From: an uncultured Clostridia bacterium
GTDB lineage: Bacteria; Bacillota; Clostridia; TANB77; CAG-508
Assembly: GCA_947588945.1 (NCBI GenBank)
Contig: CANPZY010000004.1
Coordinates: forward strand, 2,174 to 66,173
Length of the DNA: 64,000 nucleotides
Direction of reading: 5' to 3'
Within the stretch, counting starts at the first letter, position 1. Each line of letters begins with the position of its first letter. Below are positions 1 to 9,060 of this stretch, piece after piece. Position numbers and translations under genes: made by a program. The notes beneath the pieces are model-generated. The model was not told the DNA's origin. It ran no database searches and saw nothing but the letters and a program-made list of their open reading frames with translations.

Positions 1-883
1 AAATTGCTATTCCTACATACGAAACATTTCCTATCAAATTCATTATTGGATGCATCATACCTGATATAAATTGTGATTTCCAAGCTGATACATATAATCT
101 TTCATTTTGTTTTTCAAATTCTTTTATTGTTTTTTCTTCGCAATTAAATGCTTTTATTATAGTATGACCTCCGTAAGATTCTTCAACTGTACCATTTACA
201 TGTCCTATATAGTTTTGTTGTTCAACAAAGTATTTTTGTGATTTTTTTACAATAATTCCTACTAGTAACATTGTAAATGGTAAAACAACTAATGCTACCA
301 ATGTCATTTGAAAGCTTATTGAAAGCATCATTATTAATATTCCAATTACTGTACATATCGAAGAAATTATTTGTGTTATACTTTGATTTAAATTCATAGA
401 TAAAGTATCTATATCGTTTGTAATTATTGATAATATTTCACCATTTGTCCTTTTATCAAAATATTTCATTGGAAGTCTATTTATTTTTTTTGCTAAATCA
501 TTTCTCATTTGAAATGTTAATCTTTGTGCAATTCTTGTCATTAAAAAACCTTGTATTGTTGAAAATGCCATGCTTAAAACATATATTGATAAAAGCATTA
601 AAAGAATATGTGCAATTTTTTCAAAATTAATTCCATTTCCTCCTGAAAGTTTGCTTGTTAATCCAACATATATTTCAGTTGTAGCATTTCCCAAAATTTT
701 AGGTCCAACTATAGTAAAAATCGTTCCTGCAGCAGCAAATACCATTACTAAAATTAGCAACCACTTATATTTTTTTAAATAATAACTAAATAATTTTGAC
801 ATTGAGCCCTTAAAGTCTTTTGCTCTTTCAATTTTACCCTGTCTTCTTGGTCCTCGCATTGGGCCTCCCATTGGTCCTGGCAT
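1..883 (-). CDS. ABC exporter permease/ATP-binding protein, N-terminal membrane domain only (3' part runs off the window)
   Basis: Absent from the ORF track because the window edge truncates it. My own minus-strand translation from ATG 883..881 gives MPGPMGGPMRGPRRQGKIERAKDFKGSMSKLFSYYLKKYKWLLILVMVFAAAGT...RLPMKYFDKRTNGEILSIITNDIDTL..., typical of a type I ABC exporter TMD. It starts 7 nt after the stop of the upstream half-transporter, which suggests a heterodimer pair. Confidence 0.8.
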   Translation of the reverse strand, partial: MPGPMGGPMRGPRRQGKIERAKDFKGSMSKLFSYYLKKYKWLLILVMVFAAAGTIFTIVGPKILGNATTEIYVGLTSKLSGGNGINFEKIAHILLMLLSIYVLSMAFSTIQGFLMTRIAQRLTFQMRNDLAKKINRLPMKYFDKRTNGEILSIITNDIDTLSMNLNQSITQIISSICTVIGILIMMLSISFQMTLVALVVLPFTMLLVGIIVKKSQKYFVEQQNYIGHVNGTVEESYGGHTIIKAFNCEEKTIKEFEKQNERLYVSAWKSQFISGMMHPIMNLIGNVSYVGIAI

Positions 884-889
884 AGCTAC

Positions 890-3148
890 TTACATCTCCT
901 TCCTTTTTAGTTCTTCTTCTGATAATTGTGAAGTTGCTATTTGCTTATATGTTTCACAACTTTCTAAAAGTTCATCATGTGTTCCAATTCCTACTATTTT
1001 TCCTTCTTCTAGAACTATTATTTGCTCTGCATTAAGTATTGTGCTAACTCTCTGAGCAACTATAATTACTGTCTTTCCTTCTGTTTTTTCCTTTAAAGCT
1101 TCTCTTAAATTTCTATCAGTTTTCAAATCTAATGCCGAAAAACTGTCATCAAATATAAATATTTCTGGATCTATTGCTAAAGCTCTTGCGATTGATAAAC
1201 GTTGTTTTTGTCCTCCTGATACATTATTTCCACCTTGCGCTATCTCCGACTTAAATTTATCTTCTTTATTATTAATAAATTCTGTTGCTTGTGCAATATC
1301 TGCTGCTTTTTCCATTTCTTCATCTGATATATCTTTTCCGTATTTTATGTTTGATTCAATTGTTCCTGAGAAAAGCATTCCTTTTTGTGGTACAAAACCA
1401 ATTCTTTTTCTTAAATCTTTTTGTGCTACATCTTTTATATTTGCACCATCTACTAAAATTTCTCCACTTGTTACATCATAAAATCTAGGAATCAAATTTA
1501 CTATCGTAGATTTTCCACTTCCTGTACTTCCTATAATTGCAGTAGTTTCTCCAGCCTTTGCTGTAAAAGTTATGTTTTTTAACACTTCTGTATCAGCCTC
1601 TGGATACTTAAATGATACATCTTTAAATTCTACTATTCCTTTTTTACTTTCATCAAATTTAGCTTGTTCTTTTTCTGGTTTATCTTTAATTTCTGGTTCT
1701 TTTTCAATTATTTCATTTATACGGTTAGCAGAAACAGCCGCTCTTGGAAGAATTATTGATATCATTGAAATCATCAAGAAACTCATGATAATTTGCATTG
1801 CATATTGTAAAAATGCCATCATATCTCCAACCTGCATTACACCACTATTAATATTGTGTCCTCCTACCCAGATTATAAGTAAAATAATACTCTGCATTAT
1901 TAATGTCATAATTGGCATCATTAAACTCATTACTCTATTTACAAATATACTATTTTTCATTAAATCTTGATTGGCTATTTCAAAACGTTTTTCTTCTCTT
2001 TTTTGTGTATTAAATGCTCTTATTACTGGTATTCCTGTTAATATTTCTCTCGAAACTAAGTTAAGTTTATCAATTAATTTTTGCATTAATTTGAATCTTG
2101 GCATAGTTGTTCCAAATAATGTACCTACTACTATAATTATTAAGACTACTGCTAATCCTATAATCCATGCCATCGACAGATTACTTGTTGATATTACTGT
2201 GATTAGCCCACCTATTGCAATAATTGGTCCATAAACTACTACTCTAAATAAAATTGCAAGAAGATCTTGTATTCTTTGAATATCATTTGTATTTCTTGTA
2301 ATAAGAGATGCTGCTCCAAACTCACTGAATTCTTTAGTTGAAAAACTTAATGTTTTCTTAAATACTTTATCTCTTAAATCTTTTCCAAATTGAGCAGCTA
2401 CTCTTGATGAGTAATACATAATAAGTATTGCGCACACCATACTAACTAACGCAACACCCAACATTTGTGCTCCAGTTTTTAATATATACATGTTTGAAAT
2501 ATTAGTTGTATTTATTCCTATAGCTTCATATTCTGTTTTTATAAAAGCTATAGCCGACTGCTCTTTTATAGATTCTGGCATTGTGTCTATTTGTTTATTT
2601 ATTCCATTTAAAAGATTGCTAATCACTTTTTCTGGAAGCAATTTTAAAATTTGAAATATATCACTTGATTCAATAAACTGTTCATTAATGCTACTTATAT
2701 TGTTACTACTAAGTAGCGAATTTTTTATAGATTGTTTAATTTGCTCTTTGTATTCTTCATTTTCAAGAATATTCATTACCATTAATGGAGTAGATAAACT
2801 TTTTTCAAGTTCTTCTTTTTCTTGTTTTGTAAGATCTTTTAATTTATAAATATCTTCACTTTCTATATTAGGATATTTTGCAATATTTTCTTCATTTTTT
2901 TCTATTTTTTCATAAGATGATAAAATTTTATTATAATCAACAGAAAAATTTTTAATATTATCTAAAGTAGATTTTCTTATAGCTTCTGGTAATGGATTTT
3001 CAATTCCACCTTGTTGAATTCCAACATTTACAATTTGCGACGTAAAATTTGGAAGTTTCAAGTCTGCTCCTGCTTGTATACACAAAAGTATAAAAATTAT
3101 CAATAATGATTTCCACGACCTTTTTAGGTTTTTTAATATTTTTAGCAT
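890..3148 (-). CDS. ABC exporter permease/ATP-binding protein (fused TMD-NBD) with a long insertion after TM1
   Basis: Walker A GSTGSGKST, ABC signature VSGGQKQRLSIARAL and Walker B IFIFDDSFSALD are present. The N-terminal half is a multi-TM domain. About 190 aa of low-complexity loop lie between the first TM and the rest. Confidence 0.9.
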   Translation of the reverse strand: MLKILKNLKRSWKSLLIIFILLCIQAGADLKLPNFTSQIVNVGIQQGGIENPLPEAIRKSTLDNIKNFSVDYNKILSSYEKIEKNEENIAKYPNIESEDIYKLKDLTKQEKEELEKSLSTPLMVMNILENEEYKEQIKQSIKNSLLSSNNISSINEQFIESSDIFQILKLLPEKVISNLLNGINKQIDTMPESIKEQSAIAFIKTEYEAIGINTTNISNMYILKTGAQMLGVALVSMVCAILIMYYSSRVAAQFGKDLRDKVFKKTLSFSTKEFSEFGAASLITRNTNDIQRIQDLLAILFRVVVYGPIIAIGGLITVISTSNLSMAWIIGLAVVLIIIVVGTLFGTTMPRFKLMQKLIDKLNLVSREILTGIPVIRAFNTQKREEKRFEIANQDLMKNSIFVNRVMSLMMPIMTLIMQSIILLIIWVGGHNINSGVMQVGDMMAFLQYAMQIIMSFLMISMISIILPRAAVSANRINEIIEKEPEIKDKPEKEQAKFDESKKGIVEFKDVSFKYPEADTEVLKNITFTAKAGETTAIIGSTGSGKSTIVNLIPRFYDVTSGEILVDGANIKDVAQKDLRKRIGFVPQKGMLFSGTIESNIKYGKDISDEEMEKAADIAQATEFINNKEDKFKSEIAQGGNNVSGGQKQRLSIARALAIDPEIFIFDDSFSALDLKTDRNLREALKEKTEGKTVIIVAQRVSTILNAEQIIVLEEGKIVGIGTHDELLESCETYKQIATSQLSEEELKRKEM

Positions 3149-3487
3149 TTTTATTTATATAACTAAAATTATAGATTTATAATATTTAGATTCTATATAT
3201 TTAATTTTTGTATACTTAATTTTTATATATTTATATTTATATTTATATACTTAAATACAAAACTATAATTTTAATCATACTCTCCTTGTATAATTTATTT
3301 AGGTTTTTAAGGATTTACCTATAAACCATATATTCAATAATATTAAATTATAAATAACTTATTTATTTTTGTCAAATAAAAATTTGTCCTATTTGAACTA
3401 TATTTAAAAATATGATTATAATTCAAATAGGACTTACTTTTAAGTATTTTCTTATTTTACATAATTTTTTCAAACTTATGTCTTACC

Positions 3488-3697
3488 TTATTTAGACTTT
3501 TTATAATATATGATATACTCTGAATCATCACAATTCATAACTATTTCATATTCAACTTTTTTGTTATTTTTTTCGTTAGTTGTTAAAAAATCATTATTGC
3601 TATATTCATCTATATTTACATCTTTTCCAAGACTATTAATGATTTCATCAATAATACTTCTTTCATTTTCGTTTGATTCATCTTCACCATATTTCAA
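3488..3697 (-). CDS. small acidic hypothetical protein (69 aa)
   Basis: ORF with a TTG start preceded by GAGG about 8 nt upstream. I recognise no family. Confidence 0.35.
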   Translation of the reverse strand: MKYGEDESNENERSIIDEIINSLGKDVNIDEYSNNDFLTTNEKNNKKVEYEIVMNCDDSEYIIYYKKSK

Positions 3698-3782
3698 TAT
3701 TATGCCTCGTTTCTATTTATTTAAAAATTTTCCAAAAATATATGCCATATAATTTTACATACCGATATAAAGTTTAATATTT

Positions 3783-3841
3783 ATCATTTATCATTTATCA
3801 TTTATCTTTTATCTTTTATATTTTATATTTTATATTTTATA
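3783..3841. repeat. drifting heptamer tandem repeat (ATCATTT)3(ATCTTTT)2(ATATTTT)3
   Basis: Read directly from the sequence. Period is 7 with about 8 units, abutting the stop codon (3842..3844) of the surface-protein gene. Confidence 0.9.
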
Positions 3842-4666
3842 TTAAATTTTAGAATATTTATATTTAACATTTACAGATTCTCTTTTGAATTTTCCTGTTA
3901 AGTTACCTTCTGTCTCTAAAAGATTATAACCAGATAACTTTTTTTCTAAACTACTTACATTATATTGTTCATTAATCATTCCTAATATTTTTTCTGAAGA
4001 TGCAATTATTTTATTTGTTTCGGCTTCCATATATTCAACATTTATTCCTTTAGAAGGAAAATCAATTTTTAATGTTGTACTTTCTGAACAATTTTTATTA
4101 TTATCACTTGTTCTTATATGTAAATAATAGTCTTTATCCCAATCAATATTTTCTAAAATAATTGGTTCATTATCGAATTTATTTACATCTTCATTAACTG
4201 TATCTTTTTCAATATTATTTATTTTATAACAATATCCTTGAATTCCTGATTCTGAATAAAACTCTAAAATTTTGTTTTTGTCTTTATTTCTTATTATATA
4301 TTCATATTTATTACCATTGTCTTTTGGCTTATAAAAACTTATATAGGCACTATTATTGGTATTATTTATTTTGACATCTATATTTTTAATATTATCAGGT
4401 GCGTTAACATCCTTTGTAATTAAATTAATACTTTTATTTGACTTAAATAAAATCTGGGGTTCAATTGATTTAATTAAATTTAGCCCATTTATTGTATTTT
4501 CATATACATTGCTTCCTGCTTCAACTTTTACTATCGCAGTTTCATTCGTTTTTTCTTGTATAGTAGCTAAATCTATATTTGAATTAATTTTTATTAATAT
4601 TATTGATAAAATTATGGTGACTACAGCAATATAACCTTTTATCTTTCGTTTAAAAGAAACTTTCAT
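3842..4666 (-). CDS. membrane-anchored surface protein with a C-terminal MucBP-like domain
   Basis: The track ORF is 3842..4690. The second ATG (4666) has AAAGGAG 7 nt upstream and gives MKVSFKRKIKGYIAVVTIILSIILI (N-terminal anchor). The C-terminus GINVEYMEAETNKII...LSGYNLLETEGNLTGKFKRESVNVKYKY resembles the MucBP pattern. Confidence 0.6.
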   Translation of the reverse strand: MKVSFKRKIKGYIAVVTIILSIILIKINSNIDLATIQEKTNETAIVKVEAGSNVYENTINGLNLIKSIEPQILFKSNKSINLITKDVNAPDNIKNIDVKINNTNNSAYISFYKPKDNGNKYEYIIRNKDKNKILEFYSESGIQGYCYKINNIEKDTVNEDVNKFDNEPIILENIDWDKDYYLHIRTSDNNKNCSESTTLKIDFPSKGINVEYMEAETNKIIASSEKILGMINEQYNVSSLEKKLSGYNLLETEGNLTGKFKRESVNVKYKYSKI

Positions 4667-4711
4667 AATATTCTCCTTTCTTTTAAACATTTATTATTCT
4701 TGACAAGAAAT

Positions 4712-4739
4712 AACCAGAATTTGTTGCCAAATTCTGGTT
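4712..4739 (-). other. 11-bp stem hairpin (AACCAGAATTT/AAATTCTGGTT), either a 5' leader of the surface-protein transcript or the mcrC terminator
   Basis: Perfect inverted repeat with a 6-nt loop. It lies 3 nt downstream of the -10 box of the promoter below and about 145 nt after the mcrC stop. Confidence 0.5.
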
Positions 4740-4741
4740 AT

Positions 4742-4770
4742 ATTATATTTTTATTTTTTATATTTGTCAA
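4742..4770 (-). promoter_or_regulatory. consensus sigmaA-type promoter TTGACA-17-TATAAT
   Basis: The minus strand reads TTGACAaatataaaaaataaaaaTATAAT. The -35 box is 4770..4765 and the -10 box is 4747..4742, about 75 nt upstream of the 4666 start. Confidence 0.6.
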
Positions 4771-4882
4771 TACTTTTTTGTTAAATTTTAACATTTTTTG
4801 TAATTAAATATTATTATATCTTTTGATATGTAAAAGTTTTAGTAACTGAACAATTTATCCTTCTATTTTTGTTTAATAATTT

Positions 4883-6052
4883 TTATTTTAATTCAGTATA
4901 TATTTGTTCTGCTAACATTTTCATTTGACCTGCAATTGTTTGCTCCCCTTCTTTAGCAATTTCTGGATTTCCAAATTCTTGAGAAAAATCAATAGTTTTT
5001 ACTTCCATTTCATTGTCATGTATAGAAACTTTTACTTGTAAATTATTAAATTCTTTCCCTGTACTAGCATATAAAAGCATTCCACAAACTTTTGCATTTT
5101 CACCTTTTTTTTCTATTTCCCATTTTTTATTCATAATATAAGAAAATAGCTGATACCAATTATCTCTATTAGTACTAACTGTATCTGAACCATTAAATCC
5201 TTTATTATTTAAAATATGTGAATAAAATTTTGCATCAATTATTTTTACTTTATTATTTTTAGATATAGTAATATCTGTGTGCATTGTTGGAATATATTTT
5301 TCATTTATTTTATTTTTTTCATCTACATCCCACTTTATTAATTCACTTTTTATATCTAATTGAATAGGCTGTTCTCTATATTCTAAAAAATACTTTTTTA
5401 AGTAATTTCTTATAAATTTTTCAAATAATGTATGATATGGCTGATTATCATCAATTTTTGAAAAACTTTCACTTTCATCTTTCTTTTTTATTATTAAATC
5501 ATTAAGAATATATTTACACATATTTATAATCACTTTATATTTTCTATTTAAGTTATTAAATTTAATATCTTCCCAAATAATTTTGTTAGGATCATTCATA
5601 ATCTCTATATTTTCATATACATGATATAATTTTCTTAGTTTGATTCTATTATCGTTCATAATATTACAATTTAATAAAAATTGTATTGTAGTTTTTATAA
5701 TTTTATTAATTAAATTATTTTGCGAATATTCTTCATAATTACAAATAACTCTATTTTTTATTTTTAGTACATTAGTCTGAATAGTATTTAATATATCTAT
5801 TCTTCCTTTTATGTATGGTAAGTCTTCACTATATTCTACATATTCATTATAAGTTCCTTCTTGTAATAATTCTTTCAATCTAATATATAAAACTATAGAA
5901 AATAAATCATAAATATTATTCATTTTTTCAAAGCCAAACATTTCATTATCTTCAAAATGAATTTTTTCATCATCAAAAGCATATGCAAGTAAATAATAAA
6001 AATTTCTAACTTTTATTTCATTGAATCTATCATTCATTATTATGTTCCTCAT
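4883..6052 (-). CDS. mcrC: McrBC 5-methylcytosine restriction system, endonuclease subunit McrC
   Basis: The start overlaps the mcrB stop by 23 nt. It has a PD-(D/E)xK-type motif ...TMHTDITISKNNKVKIIDAKFY... near the C-terminus, and a size and architecture typical of McrC. Confidence 0.8.
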   Translation of the reverse strand: MRNIIMNDRFNEIKVRNFYYLLAYAFDDEKIHFEDNEMFGFEKMNNIYDLFSIVLYIRLKELLQEGTYNEYVEYSEDLPYIKGRIDILNTIQTNVLKIKNRVICNYEEYSQNNLINKIIKTTIQFLLNCNIMNDNRIKLRKLYHVYENIEIMNDPNKIIWEDIKFNNLNRKYKVIINMCKYILNDLIIKKKDESESFSKIDDNQPYHTLFEKFIRNYLKKYFLEYREQPIQLDIKSELIKWDVDEKNKINEKYIPTMHTDITISKNNKVKIIDAKFYSHILNNKGFNGSDTVSTNRDNWYQLFSYIMNKKWEIEKKGENAKVCGMLLYASTGKEFNNLQVKVSIHDNEMEVKTIDFSQEFGNPEIAKEGEQTIAGQMKMLAEQIYTELK

Positions 6053-7799
6053 TTTTATTATTATTTAAAAAATTATCAATAGATGTTACATCATTACTAA
6101 TACTCAAAAAGCTCTTTATTTTTTCAATTTTTGAATTATCTCCTATTAAATACTCTTTTAATTGTGGATATATTTCATAATTTATAATAAAATCTAATCT
6201 AGTATCTAAATTTTCACAATTATTTAGACCACAAAAATAACTATGTCCAAATTTTATACCATCTAATTTTTTACTATTATTTATTGACTTAATTTTTTCT
6301 ACTAAAATATTTAAATTTGTATTATTAATATCATTTAAGTAATCTTTAAAATTGCTTTCTCCTTCTTGATCCTCAAAACATGGTTTAACTTCATACATAG
6401 CAAATCTTCTTCTTAAGGCAAAATCCATTGATGCTATTGATTTATCCATAGTATTCATTGTACCAATAAAATACACATTTTCAGGAATGTCAAATTTTTC
6501 TTCTTTATTTTCTGAATATGGTAATGTAACAGCATACTTACTATTTATATTTGCTTTTACTTGTTCTGCAGTGATTCTTTTATCTTTTTCTATAAGCATA
6601 AATGTTTCTCCAAATATTTTGCTTATATTTCCTCTATTAATTTCATCTATAATAATTACATAACAATTTTGTATATCTTTTCTGGCATTATCACAAACAA
6701 CTTTTAGAATACCATCTATTGGTTTAAATGTTCCATCATTTTGTGGTCTTAGACCTTGAATAAAATCTTCATATGCATAGCTTTGATGAAACTGGATTAT
6801 CTTTATATTATCTTCTCTATTGTTTGTTATTTTACTTGCAATCTTTCTTGCAATATATGTTTTACCAACTCCTGGTACACCTTCTAAAATAATATTTTTC
6901 TTATATTCTAATAATTTTACAATTCTATTAAATTCATTTTCACTCATAAAATTATATTCTTTAGGTTTTTTCATCACTTTTTCTGGATTTTCTAATTTTA
7001 ATTCATCGTCCTGTTCAATACTTTTATCTTCTTTATATCCGAAAAAATGGTAAGTTCTATTTATTGCATTAAATAAAATAATTGGATCATATTCTTTATT
7101 GTTTATTTCTGGTATATTGTCCCTTATATATTTATTTATTAAAAAAGATTTATGTATACAATTTAATTTTATATTTTTATCATATTCTATTCCAAGTGTT
7201 TGTATTAATTGGTTTAAAATTGAAATAGATTTTATACCAATAAATTTATCTGGATATAATTGTGTTGCCATATACAATAGCACTCCTGGAACTTGTGAAA
7301 AATATGTATTAAAATTTTTATCATTTTTAAAATAATCTGCTTTTAATAGTTCTTTCATTTTTTCTCTATTAAATGTTTCAAAATATTTTATTTCATTATA
7401 ATTGTTTGCATCTTTAATACTATCTAAAAAATCAGCTATATAATTTCTTAATTTTTTCCAAATTTCTTTTGCTTCATCATCACTTAAATTAGAATTTGCA
7501 ATTGCATATTTTTTATTATCTTGATTTCTATATATTATAAGTTTATATACAGGTCCATTAAGTTTTGGATTTTGTATTCTTACATATTCACCAAATTCAA
7601 TTTTATAACCAAAATAATTTGTAGAAATAGCTTTTACATTACTATACTCCTCTAATTTTAATTTTCTAAAATTATTTGTATTATACTCTTCTACATATTT
7701 ATCTCTTATTTCTTTATAATCTTTAGATGTTTTTATTTCTTCTTCATCTTGTATTAAAACATTAAAATTTTCTTTTATTTGTTGTATTTTTTCGTTCAT
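6030..7799 (-). CDS. mcrB: McrB-family AAA+ GTPase subunit with an unrecognised ~285-aa N-terminal domain
   Basis: Walker A is LEGVPGVGKTY. The McrB signature IIIDEINRGNISKIFGE and FIGTMNTMDKSIASMDFALRRRF are present in the C-terminal half. Confidence 0.85.
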   Translation of the reverse strand: MNEKIQQIKENFNVLIQDEEEIKTSKDYKEIRDKYVEEYNTNNFRKLKLEEYSNVKAISTNYFGYKIEFGEYVRIQNPKLNGPVYKLIIYRNQDNKKYAIANSNLSDDEAKEIWKKLRNYIADFLDSIKDANNYNEIKYFETFNREKMKELLKADYFKNDKNFNTYFSQVPGVLLYMATQLYPDKFIGIKSISILNQLIQTLGIEYDKNIKLNCIHKSFLINKYIRDNIPEINNKEYDPIILFNAINRTYHFFGYKEDKSIEQDDELKLENPEKVMKKPKEYNFMSENEFNRIVKLLEYKKNIILEGVPGVGKTYIARKIASKITNNREDNIKIIQFHQSYAYEDFIQGLRPQNDGTFKPIDGILKVVCDNARKDIQNCYVIIIDEINRGNISKIFGETFMLIEKDKRITAEQVKANINSKYAVTLPYSENKEEKFDIPENVYFIGTMNTMDKSIASMDFALRRRFAMYEVKPCFEDQEGESNFKDYLNDINNTNLNILVEKIKSINNSKKLDGIKFGHSYFCGLNNCENLDTRLDFIINYEIYPQLKEYLIGDNSKIEKIKSFLSISNDVTSIDNFLNNNKNEEHNNE

Positions 7800-7810
7800 T
7801 AATAACCTCC

Positions 7811-7836
7811 AAAATTTGATAAATTTTTAAAACTTA
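7811..7836 (-). repeat. junction motif copy (AAGTTTTAAAAATTTATCAAATTTT), partial
   Basis: Lies directly after the rhuM-family stop. It is similar to the 5' part of the motif at 9961..10000 (AAGTTTTAACAAATTCAATCAC). Confidence 0.45.
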
Positions 7837-7842
7837 TTGCAC

Positions 7843-8847
7843 TTATTTTAATTTTTTCGTTTCAATCAATAGCTTATCAAAATCAGATATAATCTTCTGT
7901 TTTTTATTAAATTTGTCATATTCTCTTTCTGCCTTTTCTTCTGCTTCCTTTCTAGAAATTTTCCCATTATCTTGTAATATATCATATTTTCTAAATTCTA
8001 AAAAAGCATTTATACTTTCTGCAAATTCCTCCATTGTAAATGTATTTTCTCTTTCGACTAAATCTTCAATATAATCAAAATATCCAGATACAGTCCTTTC
8101 TAACCTCTTTATCTGCTTTTCATCTAAATAATTTTTTGCAATTAATACATCTGATTTTAATATTCTACCATCTGGTGAATGTTTCCATGTTGTTAATCCC
8201 ATATTTTCTTTTTGGCTATTTGCTTTATTATATATAATTTCTGCTGCTGTATTTCCAGTAATTGCATAATGAAACTTATTTTGAACAGTCGCATAAAATT
8301 GTTTTGTTATATCTGAATTTTTATCATAATCTATGCTACATTCTGCAAAAATATCAGTTATCTGTTGCCATATTCTACGTTCGCTCGCTCTAATTGAGCG
8401 AATTCGTTCCAAAAGTTCTTTAAAGTAATCTTTTCCAAAAAAGTTCTCTACATTTTTTAATCTTTCATCATCTAAAGCAAAACCTTTTGTTATATATTCC
8501 TTTAAAACTTTTGTTGCCCAAATTCTAAATTGTGTTGCCTTTTTTGAATTTACTCTATATCCTACTGCTATTATAACATTTAGATTATAAATTTTTACAG
8601 GTTTATCTGAATTTGCAAAGTGCATTTTTTGCACATTGCTTTTTTCGTCTAATTCTTGTTCTTTAAATATGTTATTGATATGTTTTGTAACAACAGTTCT
8701 ATCTTTACCAAACAATTCTGCTATTAAGTCTTGTGTTAGCCATAAATCGTCATTAATAAGTAGAACATTTACTTTCACATCTCCATTTTCATCTGTATAA
8801 ATTAAAAAGTCTTTTTTTATTAAATTTTTATCATTTTTTTGCAACAA
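7843..8847 (-). CDS. RhuM-family protein
   Basis: N-terminal region ...DENGDVKVNVLLINDDLWLTQDLIAELFGKDRTVVTKHINNIFKEQEL...VGYRVNSKKATQFRIWATKVLKEYITKGFALDDERLK matches the RhuM family pattern. TTG start with AAAGGAAAG upstream. Confidence 0.8.
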   Translation of the reverse strand: MLQKNDKNLIKKDFLIYTDENGDVKVNVLLINDDLWLTQDLIAELFGKDRTVVTKHINNIFKEQELDEKSNVQKMHFANSDKPVKIYNLNVIIAVGYRVNSKKATQFRIWATKVLKEYITKGFALDDERLKNVENFFGKDYFKELLERIRSIRASERRIWQQITDIFAECSIDYDKNSDITKQFYATVQNKFHYAITGNTAAEIIYNKANSQKENMGLTTWKHSPDGRILKSDVLIAKNYLDEKQIKRLERTVSGYFDYIEDLVERENTFTMEEFAESINAFLEFRKYDILQDNGKISRKEAEEKAEREYDKFNKKQKIISDFDKLLIETKKLK

Positions 8848-8949
8848 ATTGCTTTCCTTTCTTTAAAAATTTTAATTTTCCATTGACTTTTTATAGCTTG
8901 TATTTATATTAAAATTTTGTTGTATCAATGGTCTGAAAGTGGTTTCATA

Positions 8950-8977
8950 GAACAAATATGTAGATTTGTTAAACTTA
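8950..8977 (-). repeat. junction motif copy, partial (AAGTTTAACAAATCTACATATTTGTTC)
   Basis: Shares AAGTTTAACAAAT with the other copies. It contains a 7-bp hairpin AACAAAT/ATTTGTT. Confidence 0.4.
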
Positions 8978-9020
8978 GCTTTACAACTACTGTTAAGAGC
9001 ATTTTTTCAACATTCAAAAA

Positions 9021-9058
9021 TGCTATTTTAATGCTACGCCATTAAGTTTATTAAACTT
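9021..9058 (-). repeat. junction motif copy (minus strand AAGTTTAATAAACTTAATGGCGTAGCATTAAAATAGCA)
   Basis: Starts 3 nt after the fic stop. Near-identical in layout to 9961..10000 and contains a TAAAAT -10-like box. Confidence 0.7.
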
Positions 9059-9060
9059 CT

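Noticed and set aside
1285-2234. Track ORFs antisense to the ABC transporter gene (1285..1488, 1572..1970, 1971..2234; also 427..630 and 570..782 opposite the partial ABC gene)
   Set aside because: They lie entirely inside, and opposite to, a well-supported conserved gene. Their translations are low-complexity F/L/I-rich, typical of antisense frames in AT-rich DNA, and they have no RBS.
3783-3841. Possible CRISPR array or CRISPR remnant (also considered for 63691..63767)
   Set aside because: The periods are 7 and 12 bp with no unique spacers. The units are pure AT simple sequence, and there are no cas genes in the window.
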